In this document: one piece after another, positions 24,316 through 36,524 of the stretch
Position numbering within the stretch: position 1 is the stretch's first letter
Layout: every line of letters begins with the position of its first letter
Assembly (NCBI RefSeq): GCF_000143415.4
Contig: NW_003314270.1
Coordinates: forward strand, 2,473,048-2,537,047
Source of the DNA: Selaginella moellendorffii
Lineage: Eukaryota > Plantae > Lycopodiophyta
Reading direction: 5' to 3'
DNA length: 64,000 bases
Program-made: the position numbers and the translations under genes
The notes under the pieces: model-generated
The model's database searches: none
What the model saw: only the letters and a program-made list of their open reading frames with translations
What the model was told of the DNA's origin: nothing

Positions 24316-26230
24316 ATGCTTTCCAGAAATCTCTCGTCGCTAGGTAGTTTTTCTCCACTGCCGTCGCTGTGTCGTTTATCTCCGTTGCTGGGCAGTTTAT
24401 CTGCGGCTCTGAAGCGTACCACGCTACCCATCTATCGCCCTGTCCCCAAGGCAACCGAGATCTTGAAACCAGGGGAAGGGTTTGATGATGTTGTCAGGAA
24501 CTTCATCTCAAGGGATGTTGGTTATGCTCAGGCGGTGTCCAGGTTCGTCTCCAGAGCAGCTCGGCCGCATGAAGAGGAGGCAGCGGCGCTGGACGAGCAC
24601 GAAAGCGCGTGCTTAGATGCCATTCTTTCGAGATGGCATCCCTCTGATCCGGACGAGACGCTGTTCCTGGTGCTGGCACTCTGCTACATCGCCCGCCTCT
24701 CCGATGCCCAGAGGAGCGCGTGTGCTGCGACGCTGGGTTGGGATGGCGCGCGAACGCAGATGGACTGCATGGTTGATTTCGCTCGCCGCGTGCTGCTCTC
24801 GCGGACTGGACTTACAAGCCTTGCCTCGCTAGACGCATCGAAGCAAGATGGGGAGGTGACGGAGCACCTGGAGCGTTTGTGGAGCGAGTTTTGCAAGGAC
24901 AGGAACATCGAAGGTTTGTATTGGGACCAAAGTTTTCTCGTTTCGTTACATCGTCTTACAGTGAGTTCCACTGAGGTGGCGCGCAACATTATTGATATGG
25001 ATCTCTTGCCGGCAGAGCCTTACCGCAAGCCTTGCAATGGGGAATTCAGATGTAAGAAGTCTTTTTTCCTTGGTTTCTCTTGTCGACAACAGTTGCAGGG
25101 CGATGCAAAGGGGAGGCGGAGGAGAAGTGGAGCATCAAAATGTCCCCTTTGAGTACCACGTTTACGGGGGAAGTGCCAAAGCTACTGGACTTGGTGTCCA
25201 AAGTTGTAATGTGCGACTTCTTCAGTTTTGTCCCAGTGGAAAATCTGGTGAGTAACTCAGCACTTGAAATCCTTGAGCTCTCTTCGTGCTCTTTCCATAC
25301 AGGGGTGGAACATGAGATCGGTTGTACGGGACCGAGCTCGACAAGACCAAGTAAAACTGGTTTACTCGCAGCTTGCGGGACATCGAGTCCGGCTGCCTCA
25401 CCCGTATGTTGAAGTGGACTCCGTAGAATCTGCACCTCTGCGGGTCAAGGAACTGGTACTGCTGCTCGAAGGGATCCACAACAACAAGCTCCTGCGATCG
25501 CTTGCTCTCGAGAGGCCACCGTTGTCTGTGTTGCCGCACTATCATGCCATCTCGACTTGCACGCAGCATGCTCGCATCTGGCTTGGACGCTACGACCTCC
25601 GAATCTATTACGACCACAACTTGACGTGTAAGCTACGAGTTATATGTTCTCTTTCTCAAGAGTTTTGTTGGACTAGATGGCCGGCTTGGGACACAGGATT
25701 CTAGCACGCAAGAGGAGGAGGAGGTAGTTACATGTTTGTGTGTGCAAACTTTTATTCTTTTCTTTCTTACCAGGTTCTAGCAAATGGTTTCTGCAAGGAG
25801 CGGACTCCGTCCTTCATGGAGAAAGCTGTAAGGGACTGCACGGTGGAAGCCATGTGGTTCGTAATATCTTCCATGATCTCCAATACATAGATTTAAATCT
25901 CTGTGATGCAGGTTGGTCCCCGACGAAAAGGGATGGCTAATGAACATGCGGCCAGTGGACTACGATTTCGCGAAGCCACCGGACACAGTGATGTGGCGCG
26001 CTTATAGACAGTACGTTGGGCATCCCGTAGTGGTTCCGGAAGATCTTCAAATCCAGTTTTTACTCCTTCCCACTATCGATTATGAATACACCCGGTTCCT
26101 TGGCCGGGAGACCAAGTCGAAGCACAGCAGAGATCATCTCTTTCCACCGGCGATCGAGGAATTCTCAACGGAGGACCTCATAAGAGACGACATTCCAGTA
26201 CCACCAGTTGACATTCCAGTAAGCTCTTAA
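24316..26230 (+). CDS. Spliced gene of unknown function (several exons; N-terminus resembles a transit peptide)
   Basis: GC-rich coding-like ORFs (24289-25152, 25264-25704, 25913-26230) separated by short GT-AG segments; no family recognised. Confidence 0.5.
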
Positions 26231-26739
26231 ATATAAACTAGAAAGTTGTGAAGGACAATGTCCTGTGTCGGTAGGATCTCTTAATATTTTCACTCCTCTT
26301 CCGCTCCGGCGGATTTCGCAGGAAAACTTTTTAGAGAGCGGCTCTTGGCGGATTTCACAGGAAAGCTTTCTAGACAGTGGCTCTAGTTGTATGCAGTCTC
26401 GGTTTCTAGACAGCGGCTCTGCAGTCTTGGTTTGAGAACACATCCAAACTTTTTGAGAATTACTATGAGGAAGTACTGTTCTGACGGGGTATGGGTAAGT
26501 GCGTGATGAGCTTTATTTCTTTCTTTTTCTTTGATGATTGAGTATTTTGTGACTTGCACAAAGGAAACAATGTTGACCATCTGCCCATCTACCTCGACGT
26601 TTCATATTCTACGACTTTGCCTTATGGACTGATTCACACAATTTGTCCTTAGCCAGTTCCAGCAGAAGCTCTGTATGCACAAAGCATATTCCAATATATT
26701 GTAGGAGCAGCTTCTTATGATAATGGATTCATCTCTTGC

Positions 26740-27044
<305 letters not shown>

Positions 27045-27049
27045 TAAGT

Positions 27050-27438
27050 TAACCTTTGTCTCTTATCTATTGTTTTTTGGTTTCACGGTTAATTTTTTTC
27101 TTGTGATTCAGTTTAGGGGCCTGCAAATCTATTGTAAATGACAAAATACTGATGACACACTTTTCTTATCGCAAGTGGATGCATTCAACTCTCTTTTACT
27201 GTATCATTGATAAACAGATTTTTATACAACTCTTTGTTAAATTGAGTTATTGTAGAAACCCAAACAATTCTATACTTTTTAAATTGTGAGAAGGAAATAC
27301 CTAAAAATCTATAAAGATATCCTAAGACTATTATAATAAGCCAAGAGAGATTAAAAATGGTAAAAGATAAAAGTATATATTGTGAGTGTACAGTTACAAT
27401 GCAATATACTTAATTTTTCCTGTATATAAACTAGGGTT
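27050..27438 (+). repeat. Left arm of an inverted repeat (partner 29027-29338)
   Basis: tttttcctgtatataaactagggtt versus aaccctagtttatatacaggaaaaa, plus colinear blocks. Confidence 0.85.
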
Positions 27439-27444
27439 CATTAG

Positions 27445-27967
27445 GTATGCCCCCTAAGCCGTCCGGTACGTAGGAATATGTGAACGCAATTTACTAAAAT
27501 CACTCATTCCGATGCCGCGCATTGAAAGCATGGGCCGGATGATGTCATCAGGATGGACCAAGGATGTGAGGGGCAAAGAATCTTCGACACTCCGTTATCA
27601 TTTACTGAATGATTAGAATTAATTTCCATTGTTCAAGTGGATAGGATTCCATACATCTATAGAGAGCTGTATGCCTTGAAAGGGGCTCGTGCAGTTCGAG
27701 AAGGGATCCATTCCCCGCCGCGGATAGGGGCAACTTCGACCCATATGCCTTTGGGCACAGTTATGCACGGCATTGAGGTGGCACCTGGTAAGGGGGGCCA
27801 ATCAGCCAGAGCGGCAGGTGCTCCAGCCAAGCCAATAGCGAAGGAAGGTCAATTGGCTACACCAAGATCACCACCAGGAGAAGTTCGTTCAATACCCCAA
27901 AACTGTCCAGCAGCCGTTAGACAGGTGGGCAATGTCGATTCCAAGAATAAGGCTTCGGGTAAAGCTG
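27445..27967 (+). pseudogene. rpl2: Nuclear plastid DNA (NUPT): rpl2 group II intron 3' part plus exon 2
   Basis: Intron domain V GAGCTGTATGC..GAAAG..GCTCGTGCAGTTC at 27664-27697; from ~27740 the peptide [26 protein letters not shown]...VGNV. Confidence 0.9.
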
Positions 27968-28901
27968 NNNNNNNNNNNNNNNNNNNNNNNNNNNNNNNNN
28001 NNNNNNNNNNNNNNNNNNNNNNNNNNNNNNNNNNNNNNNNNNNNNNNNNNNNNNNNNNNNNNNNNNNNNNNNNNNNNNNNNNNNNNNNNNNNNNNNNNNN
28101 NNNNNNNNNNNNNNNNNNNNNNNNNNNNNNNNNNNNNNNNNNNNNNNNNNNNNNNNNNNNNNNNNNNNNNNNNNNNNNNNNNNNNNNNNNNNNNNNNNNN
28201 NNNNNNNNNNNNNNNNNNNNNNNNNNNNNNNNNNNNNNNNNNNNNNNNNNNNNNNNNNNNNNNNNNNNNNNNNNNNNNNNNNNNNNNNNNNNNNNNNNNN
28301 NNNNNNNNNNNNNNNNNNNNNNNNNNNNNNNNNNNNNNNNNNNNNNNNNNNNNNNNNNNNNNNNNNNNNNNNNNNNNNNNNNNNNNNNNNNNNNNNNNNN
28401 NNNNNNNNNNNNNNNNNNNNNNNNNNNNNNNNNNNNNNNNNNNNNNNNNNNNNNNNNNNNNNNNNNNNNNNNNNNNNNNNNNNNNNNNNNNNNNNNNNNN
28501 NNNNNNNNNNNNNNNNNNNNNNNNNNNNNNNNNNNNNNNNNNNNNNNNNNNNNNNNNNNNNNNNNNNNNNNNNNNNNNNNNNNNNNNNNNNNNNNNNNNN
28601 NNNNNNNNNNNNNNNNNNNNNNNNNNNNNNNNNNNNNNNNNNNNNNNNNNNNNNNNNNNNNNNNNNNNNNNNNNNNNNNNNNNNNNNNNNNNNNNNNNNN
28701 NNNNNNNNNNNNNNNNNNNNNNNNNNNNNNNNNNNNNNNNNNNNNNNNNNNNNNNNNNNNNNNNNNNNNNNNNNNNNNNNNNNNNNNNNNNNNNNNNNNN
28801 NNNNNNNNNNNNNNNNNNNNNNNNNNNNNNNNNNNNNNNNNNNNNNNNNNNNNNNNNNNNNNNNNNNNNNNNNNNNNNNNNNNNNNNNNNNNNNNNNNNN
28901 N
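27968..28901. other. Assembly gap (934 N)
   Basis: Run of N. Confidence 1.
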
Positions 28902-29026
28902 TATCTGTATATATCTGTATATATGTATATATGAATGTATGTATGTATGTCTGTGTGTATTTATGTACAAACCAAAAGCATAAATCCAAGCATCTTTATT
29001 AATGTGATTGCATAGATTAGCCCATA

Positions 29027-29338
29027 AACCCTAGTTTATATACAGGAAAAATCAAGTATACTGCATTGGAGTTGTACATCTAGCCCTCACAATATATACT
29101 TTTATCTTTTACCATTTTTAATCCCTTTTGGCTTATTATACCACCACTTTAGAATCATGGTATCTTTATAGATTTTTAGAGTTTTCCTTCCCACAATTTA
29201 AAATATAGAAATGTTTGGGCTTCTACAATAACTTAATTTGAACAGTATTTTGTTATTTATAATAGATTTGCAGAACCCTAAATTGAATCACAAGAATTAA
29301 CCATGAGACCAAAGAACAATAGATAAGAGACAAAAGTT
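29027..29338 (-). repeat. Right arm of an inverted repeat (partner 27050-27438)
   Basis: Reverse-complement match with indels. Confidence 0.85.
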
Positions 29339-29429
29339 GCAATTCCTTTCCCTACTTTATAACAAGCTTAATAAAAATCATCAATGATCAATAATAAAAA
29401 ATTAAACCAACACTTTTCTTTTTGCCATG

Positions 29430-31181
29430 TTTAGCATAGTTTATGATTAAATCACTTTTCAAGGAAAAGCTAAAGTCAAACCTTTAATAAGTAATCTCAT
29501 TTAGAATAAAATTTGCTAACTTGGAACTTAGCTTATTTGAATGTTAATATAGTTGTTAAGTAGTAAATGTGTGAATGCCAACAATATAAAGGTATAGCTT
29601 AATCACTAACACCATCTTTGTCAAGACTAATGAAATAAAATATCATTCTCTAATGAGGAAAATTGATCATTAACCATCCAGATGAAAAATTAAACTTTTT
29701 CAATATATGTATGAAGAAATGTCTAATATCATTCCAATCCCAACTTTAAAAATATTAATGTCAAAACATCCCTTCAATGTTATCAACAACAGAATAAAAC
29801 TAAAAAAAGCAAGAACAAACCACTATTCAAAGCTTTTTAGTGATTAAGTTAACCAAAGTTAAAAATGTTATATTTAGTATCTAAGAAATAAACATACTTT
29901 ATTAAGGATTGAATCATCACATCAATATAATCCAATACCACAAACTAAACACAAAAGGATAATATTGACAGAAGTAGAAATAATATGTTAACATGGAAAA
30001 ACCATGCAAATTTAATTACACAATCCTCCACAATATCATTTGGTGAGTAAGCCTATCATTGCTAAATTTAAGCAAAGTATTATTAATTCTTGACAAAGTA
30101 TACAAGAAATTACTAATTGCAAAATAATTAATAATCACTCTTCAACTTATCTTCAGAAGACCTAATGCCAAATTCACATCATCAAATTATATACTTGTTC
30201 AATAAAAAGGTAACACTCTAGATATAATATATAGAAACATAGACAAATATAGAAAAAGTGACTACTCAACTCCAATCAAGCAATTAAAAGCTAAATAATA
30301 TGTCTAATTAATCACTTTTAGTATGATGAAAGAGGATAACTATAAATGATTGACACTTAGCTGGAACTAAAGTAAAAATTAATAAATTGACTCATATAGG
30401 TATACAACTTTTAATGGACAATGGCTATAGTATAGGTACTTACACCTTAACCAAAAAGAACTAAGTTATAAATTATAATCCTTAGTCAAAGTGCATCATT
30501 CTTATAGAGTTTAACCAAATGCAAGATGCAATTTACCACCGAGCATAAAGCAATAAGTGCAATAACCATTATCTACTTCAATTCCAAACTCTAATTATGT
30601 TAACCTCAAGATTAATATCGTTTCCAGGTTGCATTATACAAGCCATATACTAAAGTTTAAAAACTAAAGTCAACTTCAACCCCTTCACTAATTTATAATA
30701 ACTTACTAAAATAGACCAGTTTTTGAATAGAATAATTAATAAAGAGACTATTGGAAAAGCCTACAATAATTTGTTGAAAGTTTTCCATCCTAGAAAAAAA
30801 AATGACTCTCAAACTTAACAAATTTCTTCTTACTTACAACTTCATATATGTTTATCTTAACACAAAGTTTTACAATCTAATAGAATACCTAAGCATTTAA
30901 CAACATGTCTATATATTTGATATCTATCACCAACATTTGCAAATGCAATATAAATATTGAAGACTCGATCACAAAGACTAAATCTTTAGATATTTATGTC
31001 ATATTAACACTTTTTTTCAATCACCCTCAAGATCTAGTGTGAAACCAAAACACTAAAAAGAATATGATATAAAAAATCAAGTTCTAAGGAAAACTTGTCA
31101 TACTCAATATAATAATGTTATTTTCACTAACATAAATGCTCATAATATCAATGCCTCAATTACACAAATTTTCTATCCAAC
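29430..31181 (-). repeat. Second, more decayed inverted copy of 13460-15280
   Basis: Colinear reverse-complement blocks. Confidence 0.8.
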
Positions 31182-32338
31182 CTATTTTTAATACCAAATA
31201 TAGGAATTAATCACAAAATAAAACTTAAACTTTGTCAAAGGCAACATAATTGGGACTTAAGTTTCAAAGCTTTAAACCATTAAATGAAGGGATAGAATTA
31301 AACTCTTGAATACACAAGGAGCAAAAAAATAAAAGTACGTAGCAAACTAAAACAATCTTAAAAGTTTCAGCATCCCAACATCAAAATCAACATGCAAAAC
31401 TGAGCCAAACAAGATTTAACACTATTTCAATATATTAGGTTAATACAAGGATATAAGTATTCTATCAACTAACATGGTATAAAGTTTGAGTTTAAACACA
31501 AGCCAGACATAAAACAAGAATAGATATATTTAGTGAGCAACTAGACAATATCTCAAATTCATCAACTATACCCAATTTATATATTATATATTTGCCCCCA
31601 TGCAAGCATGCTTTAGGTTTTCACCCCACTCCCTAAAAATAGTCTCTAGGATAAACTTGAAAATTTATTATTTAACCCAAAGACGGACCATGTACATTGG
31701 ACAATTGTATAGAGTATTAAAAATATTCTCTTTCTCATGTACCATTTGGAATGATACTAAATTGCAAATCAAGAGGCATGAATAGTACTATTATATTCAA
31801 GACATTTTCTACATCCAGAATATTTATGATTTTAAATATATTTATAATATATAAACACAATTGTACAGTTTATAATTTATAAATGCAAAATTAATTAAAA
31901 ACCATTAGATGGCAGAGCAAACCAAAAATAATATTTATTTAATAATTAGTAAAACTTTAACTCTTTTACTGGGAATAGGTAAAATAGGGTCATAATAAGG
32001 AGAGAGATCACTACTTTATGGACAAGCGAACAAATGAGAGATACATGGGAAATGGGCAATGGACTTACATTGTCTGTGACTATCCAACCCCTGCAATCCT
32101 GCTGCTCGGCCATGTAGTCTTAGACTCTTGCATCTTTATCTAAAACCAACCTCGTAGAGCGCCTTTGGCATCCTTTTTCTTATTAAAGTGAGACGCAGCT
32201 TTCATGCTAGCCCCTCTTCTGGTTCCCAACTCTTTTGTAATGCAGTTAAGATGCTCTTCATGGTGAAGCATTTGCTGGGCAATTACCAGTTTTTATGGTA
32301 CTATGAATGTAAGATTTCGTTCTTTTGTCCAGTGGGCC

Positions 32339-33766
32339 TCACGGCTCTGCGAGAAGCAAAGATGCGAAGATCATGGCGTACGCAAGGAAAAGAAACACTC
32401 CAGCCGAAATAAAAAACCGGGGGTTGTCCCGGAAATGAGGAGCCGAGATTGTCCTGTGGACGAGCATTTAGATGGAGTTCTAGCACGAACTTTCTTTTCG
32501 TACCTAGCTATCTTGTGAGCAAGTCGTTGTGATGGCAAACTTTGGATGAAGACTACACCCGGTCCTGTAAGGTGAGCCTGAAATGGGCATTCACCCTGGA
32601 AGAAAGAAAAAAATCGAGAGTCTGGAAGCCAGCGACGAAGAGCGAAAAACTTACGCCGAAAAAAGCTCGTCGCGCAGCAGGACTAGCTTGCTTGATCTCG
32701 CACTCCACGGCACTTGTCATGGCCACGAGGCATCCAATGTCGACGACAAGCAATTCTCCTCTGCTTAGTTTCTTCTGCAGCACTGATAGATCAACGTGAG
32801 AAGAACACGAAGGGGAGGCAAGAGCTTCCTTTACCGGAACCACCGGCTGTGATGAAAGCGAGGCCCTGTCCTACGAGTTTCTGCGTCAAAAGTCCCTGCG
32901 ACGAACGCGAAAGAATTAGATTCCCAAAGAAACATTTCCAAATGAATTAACTCCCACATCAGCTCCAAAGTACCCAACACGAACTCTTCGTGGCGTTAGA
33001 TGTTTCACCGTGACGTCGTTAACAGATCCTAGGAAGGCTTCCCGCTGGGATAAAGCACCGAAAAAAGGGACTTGTCGCATAAGTATGGAGGATAATCTTA
33101 CCTGACAAATAATCTCCCCACCAAATACAGCCAAGTCGATCTGCTAAGTTCTCGCCGCTAAATCTCTAGAAATACAAAGGAAAAACAGCAAAGCAAAATC
33201 GCATACCGGCAATATTCTGGCTAGTGAGGGTGCTCCTAGGCCAATGTAACCATCTTCACTTCCCGCATTTGTAAACCTGGCAGCGAAGATCAAAACGATT
33301 CCTGAAGAAAAACTGGACCAACTTACGTAGTGCTTGTATCGGGTCGTCCCATCATCCATTGCAACACACCAACACCAGCGTTTTCTTGAGGAACGTTAAC
33401 TTCTGCTTGAATAGATCCAGAGGTGTAGCACATTGATCCTGGAAAACGAGAAAAAAAAAGAAAAGAAAAGAGAAAATTGTGAGTGATTCGCAAAGGGGGA
33501 AAGACAACCTGACTTTGCTTGGATTTTTTCTTGAGGTTTTAACATTATCTGAATGAGCTGTTAGAAAAAATTCCTTTTTCGAGCAGCATTCTACCTGCAG
33601 GACTTGCGCCTCAAAGCCAAATATCTGGAATGCCGTCGCGGCTGCCGATTGCTCACTCTAGGAGGAACAAGGAAAGGAAAAAAAATTCGCATTCGCATTT
33701 GCAACTATTGTCACTCACCTGGTACACATAGGGCTGGAATGGCGTAGACGACGCAGGCGCAGCCAT
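32339..33766 (-). CDS. AIM24 / TRAP-like family protein (multi-exon)
   Basis: Exons read MAAPASSTPFQPYVYQ...IMLKPQEKIQAK..GSMCYTSGSI...GYIGLGAPSLARILP..DLAVFGGEIICQ...LTGPGVVFIQSLP. Confidence 0.85.
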
Positions 33767-34457
33767 TGCTAGCTAATCATCACAGGATCGATCACCAAAG
33801 CCTCATCAGCTCTCCCATCGCGAGACTGCTTGAAACCCTAAATTCACTAGTTTTGCTGGAACGGCCATGTGGCACGAGACGATTCGTTACACCTATGCTG
33901 ACGCCAGCGCTACGAGGCTCGATTCCCACGAGACGCTTTTATTTTATATTCAAGCATTACAGTAGCCAAACTATCCTAGGTGGGAACTGGAAGACCTGCG
34001 CGAGTGATTGTTAAGAGGAAGAACAAGGTGAAAAAATGTTACTTACCAGCACAGATAGTTCCGACGCCACATTTGAGCGGTAAACTCAGCGCCTTGGTCA
34101 AATTTACCGCATTCCAGTGTCACGTTCCGTACGATCCCACAGCAATCCTCTTTGGGAACCACTGCTTAAAATCGCCCACGAGACAGTAGCCATGGATGGA
34201 GCTCGCCGGGCTAGGGCTCCAAACACGATCCACCACGCCACCAATTCAATCGCGAGCGATGATCTTTCCATTAGCGAAGGATTGCGAGACCAGCGGTGAT
34301 TGATTGAAATTCACCGGTCTCTGCTCGCGCGCGGAGATTTTATACCACTCTCGATCACGCGAGGCCTGCGCGACATCCAAGGGGATCCACATTTTCACAA
34401 TTAAAACGCTTAGGGTTTTATTGCTAGGGCTCTTGGATTTTAGGGTTCTTGAGCAAA

Positions 34458-35336
34458 ATGTCGTCTGGGCGCTACGACAGGGCGATCACCGTCTTCTCGC
34501 CCGATGGCCATCTCTTCCAGGTGGAATACGCACAGGAGGCCGTGCGCAAGGGCAACGCCGCCGTCGGCGTCCGCGGCACTGACACAATCGTGCTCGGCGT
34601 GGAGAAGAAATCCACCGCCAAGCTCCAGGACGCGAGGTTCGTTTCCCTCTGATCTCTAGACCTCTAGATTTCTAGCTCCTGATTCCGAAATCTCTGTCCA
34701 GGACGGTCCACAAGATCCTGAGCCTCGACGAGCACGTCGCCCTAGCTTTCGCTGGCCTCACAGCCGACGCCAGGGTCCTGGTGAACCGGGCGAGAGTGGA
34801 ATGCCAGAGCCACAGGCTCACGGTGGAAGATCCAGTCACGGTGGAGTACATCACACGCTACATCGCGGGGCTCCAGCAGAAGTACACGCAGAGCGGGGGA
34901 GTGCGGCCATTCGGGATCTCGACGCTCATCATCGGCTTCGATCCACACACTGGAGCTCCATCGCTCTACCAGACGGATCCGTCCGGGACCTTCTCGGCGT
35001 GGAAGGCAAACGCGACGGGCAGGAACTCCAACTCGGTGCGCGAGTACCTGGAGAAGAACTACACCGAGACGTCGGGCATGGACACGGTGAAGCTGGCTGT
35101 CCGAGCTCTCCTGGAGGTAAGCAAAGAGTTTTGGATCGCGCTTTCTCTAAACTTTTGGAACTTGTCTGGGTCTATAGGTTGTGGAGAGCGGTGGCAAGAA
35201 CATCGAGATCGCTGTGATGACCAGACAAGGGCTCAAATTGCTGGAGGAGCCCGAGATCGAAGAGATTGTTAACGGGATCGAGGCCGAGAAGGCTGCCGCC
35301 GAGGCCGCGAAGAAAGGTCCGCCCAGAGATTCTTAA
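34458..35336 (+). CDS. PAD1: 20S proteasome subunit alpha-4 (alpha type 7), 3 exons
   Basis: [32 protein letters not shown]...[13 protein letters not shown]...[14 protein letters not shown]. Confidence 0.95.
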
Positions 35337-35391
35337 AGTCTGTGTACTCCCCGGGGTAGGAAAAAATGGGCACCTTGAACTTTCTCGGCTT

Positions 35392-35465
35392 GTGCTTGTA
35401 GCTCAATCGGATAGAGCATCTGTCTTCTAAACAGAATGTCGCAGGTTCGATCCCTGCCAGGCACG
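35392..35465 (+). tRNA. tRNA-Arg(TCT)
   Basis: Acceptor GTGCTTG/CAGGCAC, anticodon arm TCTGT-CT-TCT-AA-ACAGA, T loop GGTTCGATCC. Confidence 0.93.
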
Positions 35466-35533
35466 GGCCTTCCACAAAATCTTCTATTTTGGTTGGGATG
35501 ATTACCGTGTTGCCAGAAAGTCGAATAACTCCG

Positions 35534-35606
35534 GCGCCTGTAGCTCAGTGGATAGAGCGTCTGTTTCCTAAGCAGAAAGTCACAGGTTCGACCCCTGTCT
35601 GGCGCG
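35534..35606 (+). tRNA. tRNA-Arg(CCT)
   Basis: Acceptor GCGCCTG/CTGGCGC, anticodon arm TCTGT-TT-CCT-AA-GCAGA, T loop GGTTCGACCC, downstream T-run. Confidence 0.93.
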
Positions 35607-35683
35607 ATCTTTGGTTTTTATCATTTGAACTAAACACTTAGTTTTTACTTTGCTGGTATTTTTAGGGTTCATTGTAGGGAGGG

Positions 35684-36097
35684 ATGAATAAACCTGAATG
35701 CAATGGAGGCGATTGTCATGATCGGCCCAAGGAATTGCGTGGTGGAACTGTCGTCACGGTGAATGGCGTGGAGCTGACCGTCTATGGGAATGTGAGTGCC
35801 AGTGCATTGCAGCAGATCAATCACGCCCAGCAAGAGGATGCGTCAAACCCTAACTTATTAGATCCCGCCGATGAGGAAGAAGAAGAGGAGCGTCTGCGCC
35901 GCGAGAGCGCGATTGCGCGGGCTAATCGCGAGGACGAGGCGAGGCGATCCGCGCCAATCCCACCGGATCGGCGCGAGGCGATCATGGGTGCGATGCTGAA
36001 CGTCAGCATTGGAGGTTTTTGCCCCAACTGGGCGAGCAAGGTAAACGACGAGCAGTGGATGGAGAAGCTCAAGGAGCTGAACCCTAGAAAAGGCTAG
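35684..36097 (+). CDS. Male-enhanced antigen 1 (MEA1)-like small protein
   Basis: Acidic tract followed by the C-terminal IMGAMLNVSIGGFCPNWASKVNDEQW motif. Confidence 0.65.
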   Translation: MNKPECNGGDCHDRPKELRGGTVVTVNGVELTVYGNVSASALQQINHAQQEDASNPNLLDPADEEEEEERLRRESAIARANREDEARRSAPIPPDRREAIMGAMLNVSIGGFCPNWASKVNDEQWMEKLKELNPRKG

Positions 36098-36369
36098 TGT
36101 GCACGAGATTTGAGCCCACGAGCTCCGTCCCTCCGGAATTGGGCGAGAATCGATCCCCCGACCTGGACACGACCCTCAAATCCCGAATTTTGTCCTCTCG
36201 TCCAGAATCTCCAATAGAATCACACAGCATTTTCTGTTATCTCTCCCCTTTTTGTTTCCGTTAAAAAAGCTCATCATATCCGGTTTGGCATTTAGCCCGA
36301 TTTTTTGCTCCCAAAAGAAATTCTCGCCATACACAAAAACGAACGACTCATCGCATTAATGATTGCGAG

Positions 36370-36450
36370 CCCGCCACGTCGGACGCGGGATGGGCCATGG
36401 CCCATGTGAGCCACATTACGTGGCCGGCGGGGATCCATGACGTGGCGATC
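36370..36450 (+). promoter_or_regulatory. ABRE/G-box cluster upstream of the MS1-like gene
   Basis: gccacgtc, tacgtggc and gacgtggc within 80 bp. Confidence 0.4.
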
Positions 36451-36524
36451 TATGCCCATGGCTGCCATTCAACCCGGCGCTGGGGTCCCTCTCTCTCTCT
36501 CCCCTCTCTTTTAAAAAAGGAGCG

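Noticed and set aside
27637-29002. Long ORFs of 356-448 aa
   Set aside because: Artefacts of reading through the N gap.
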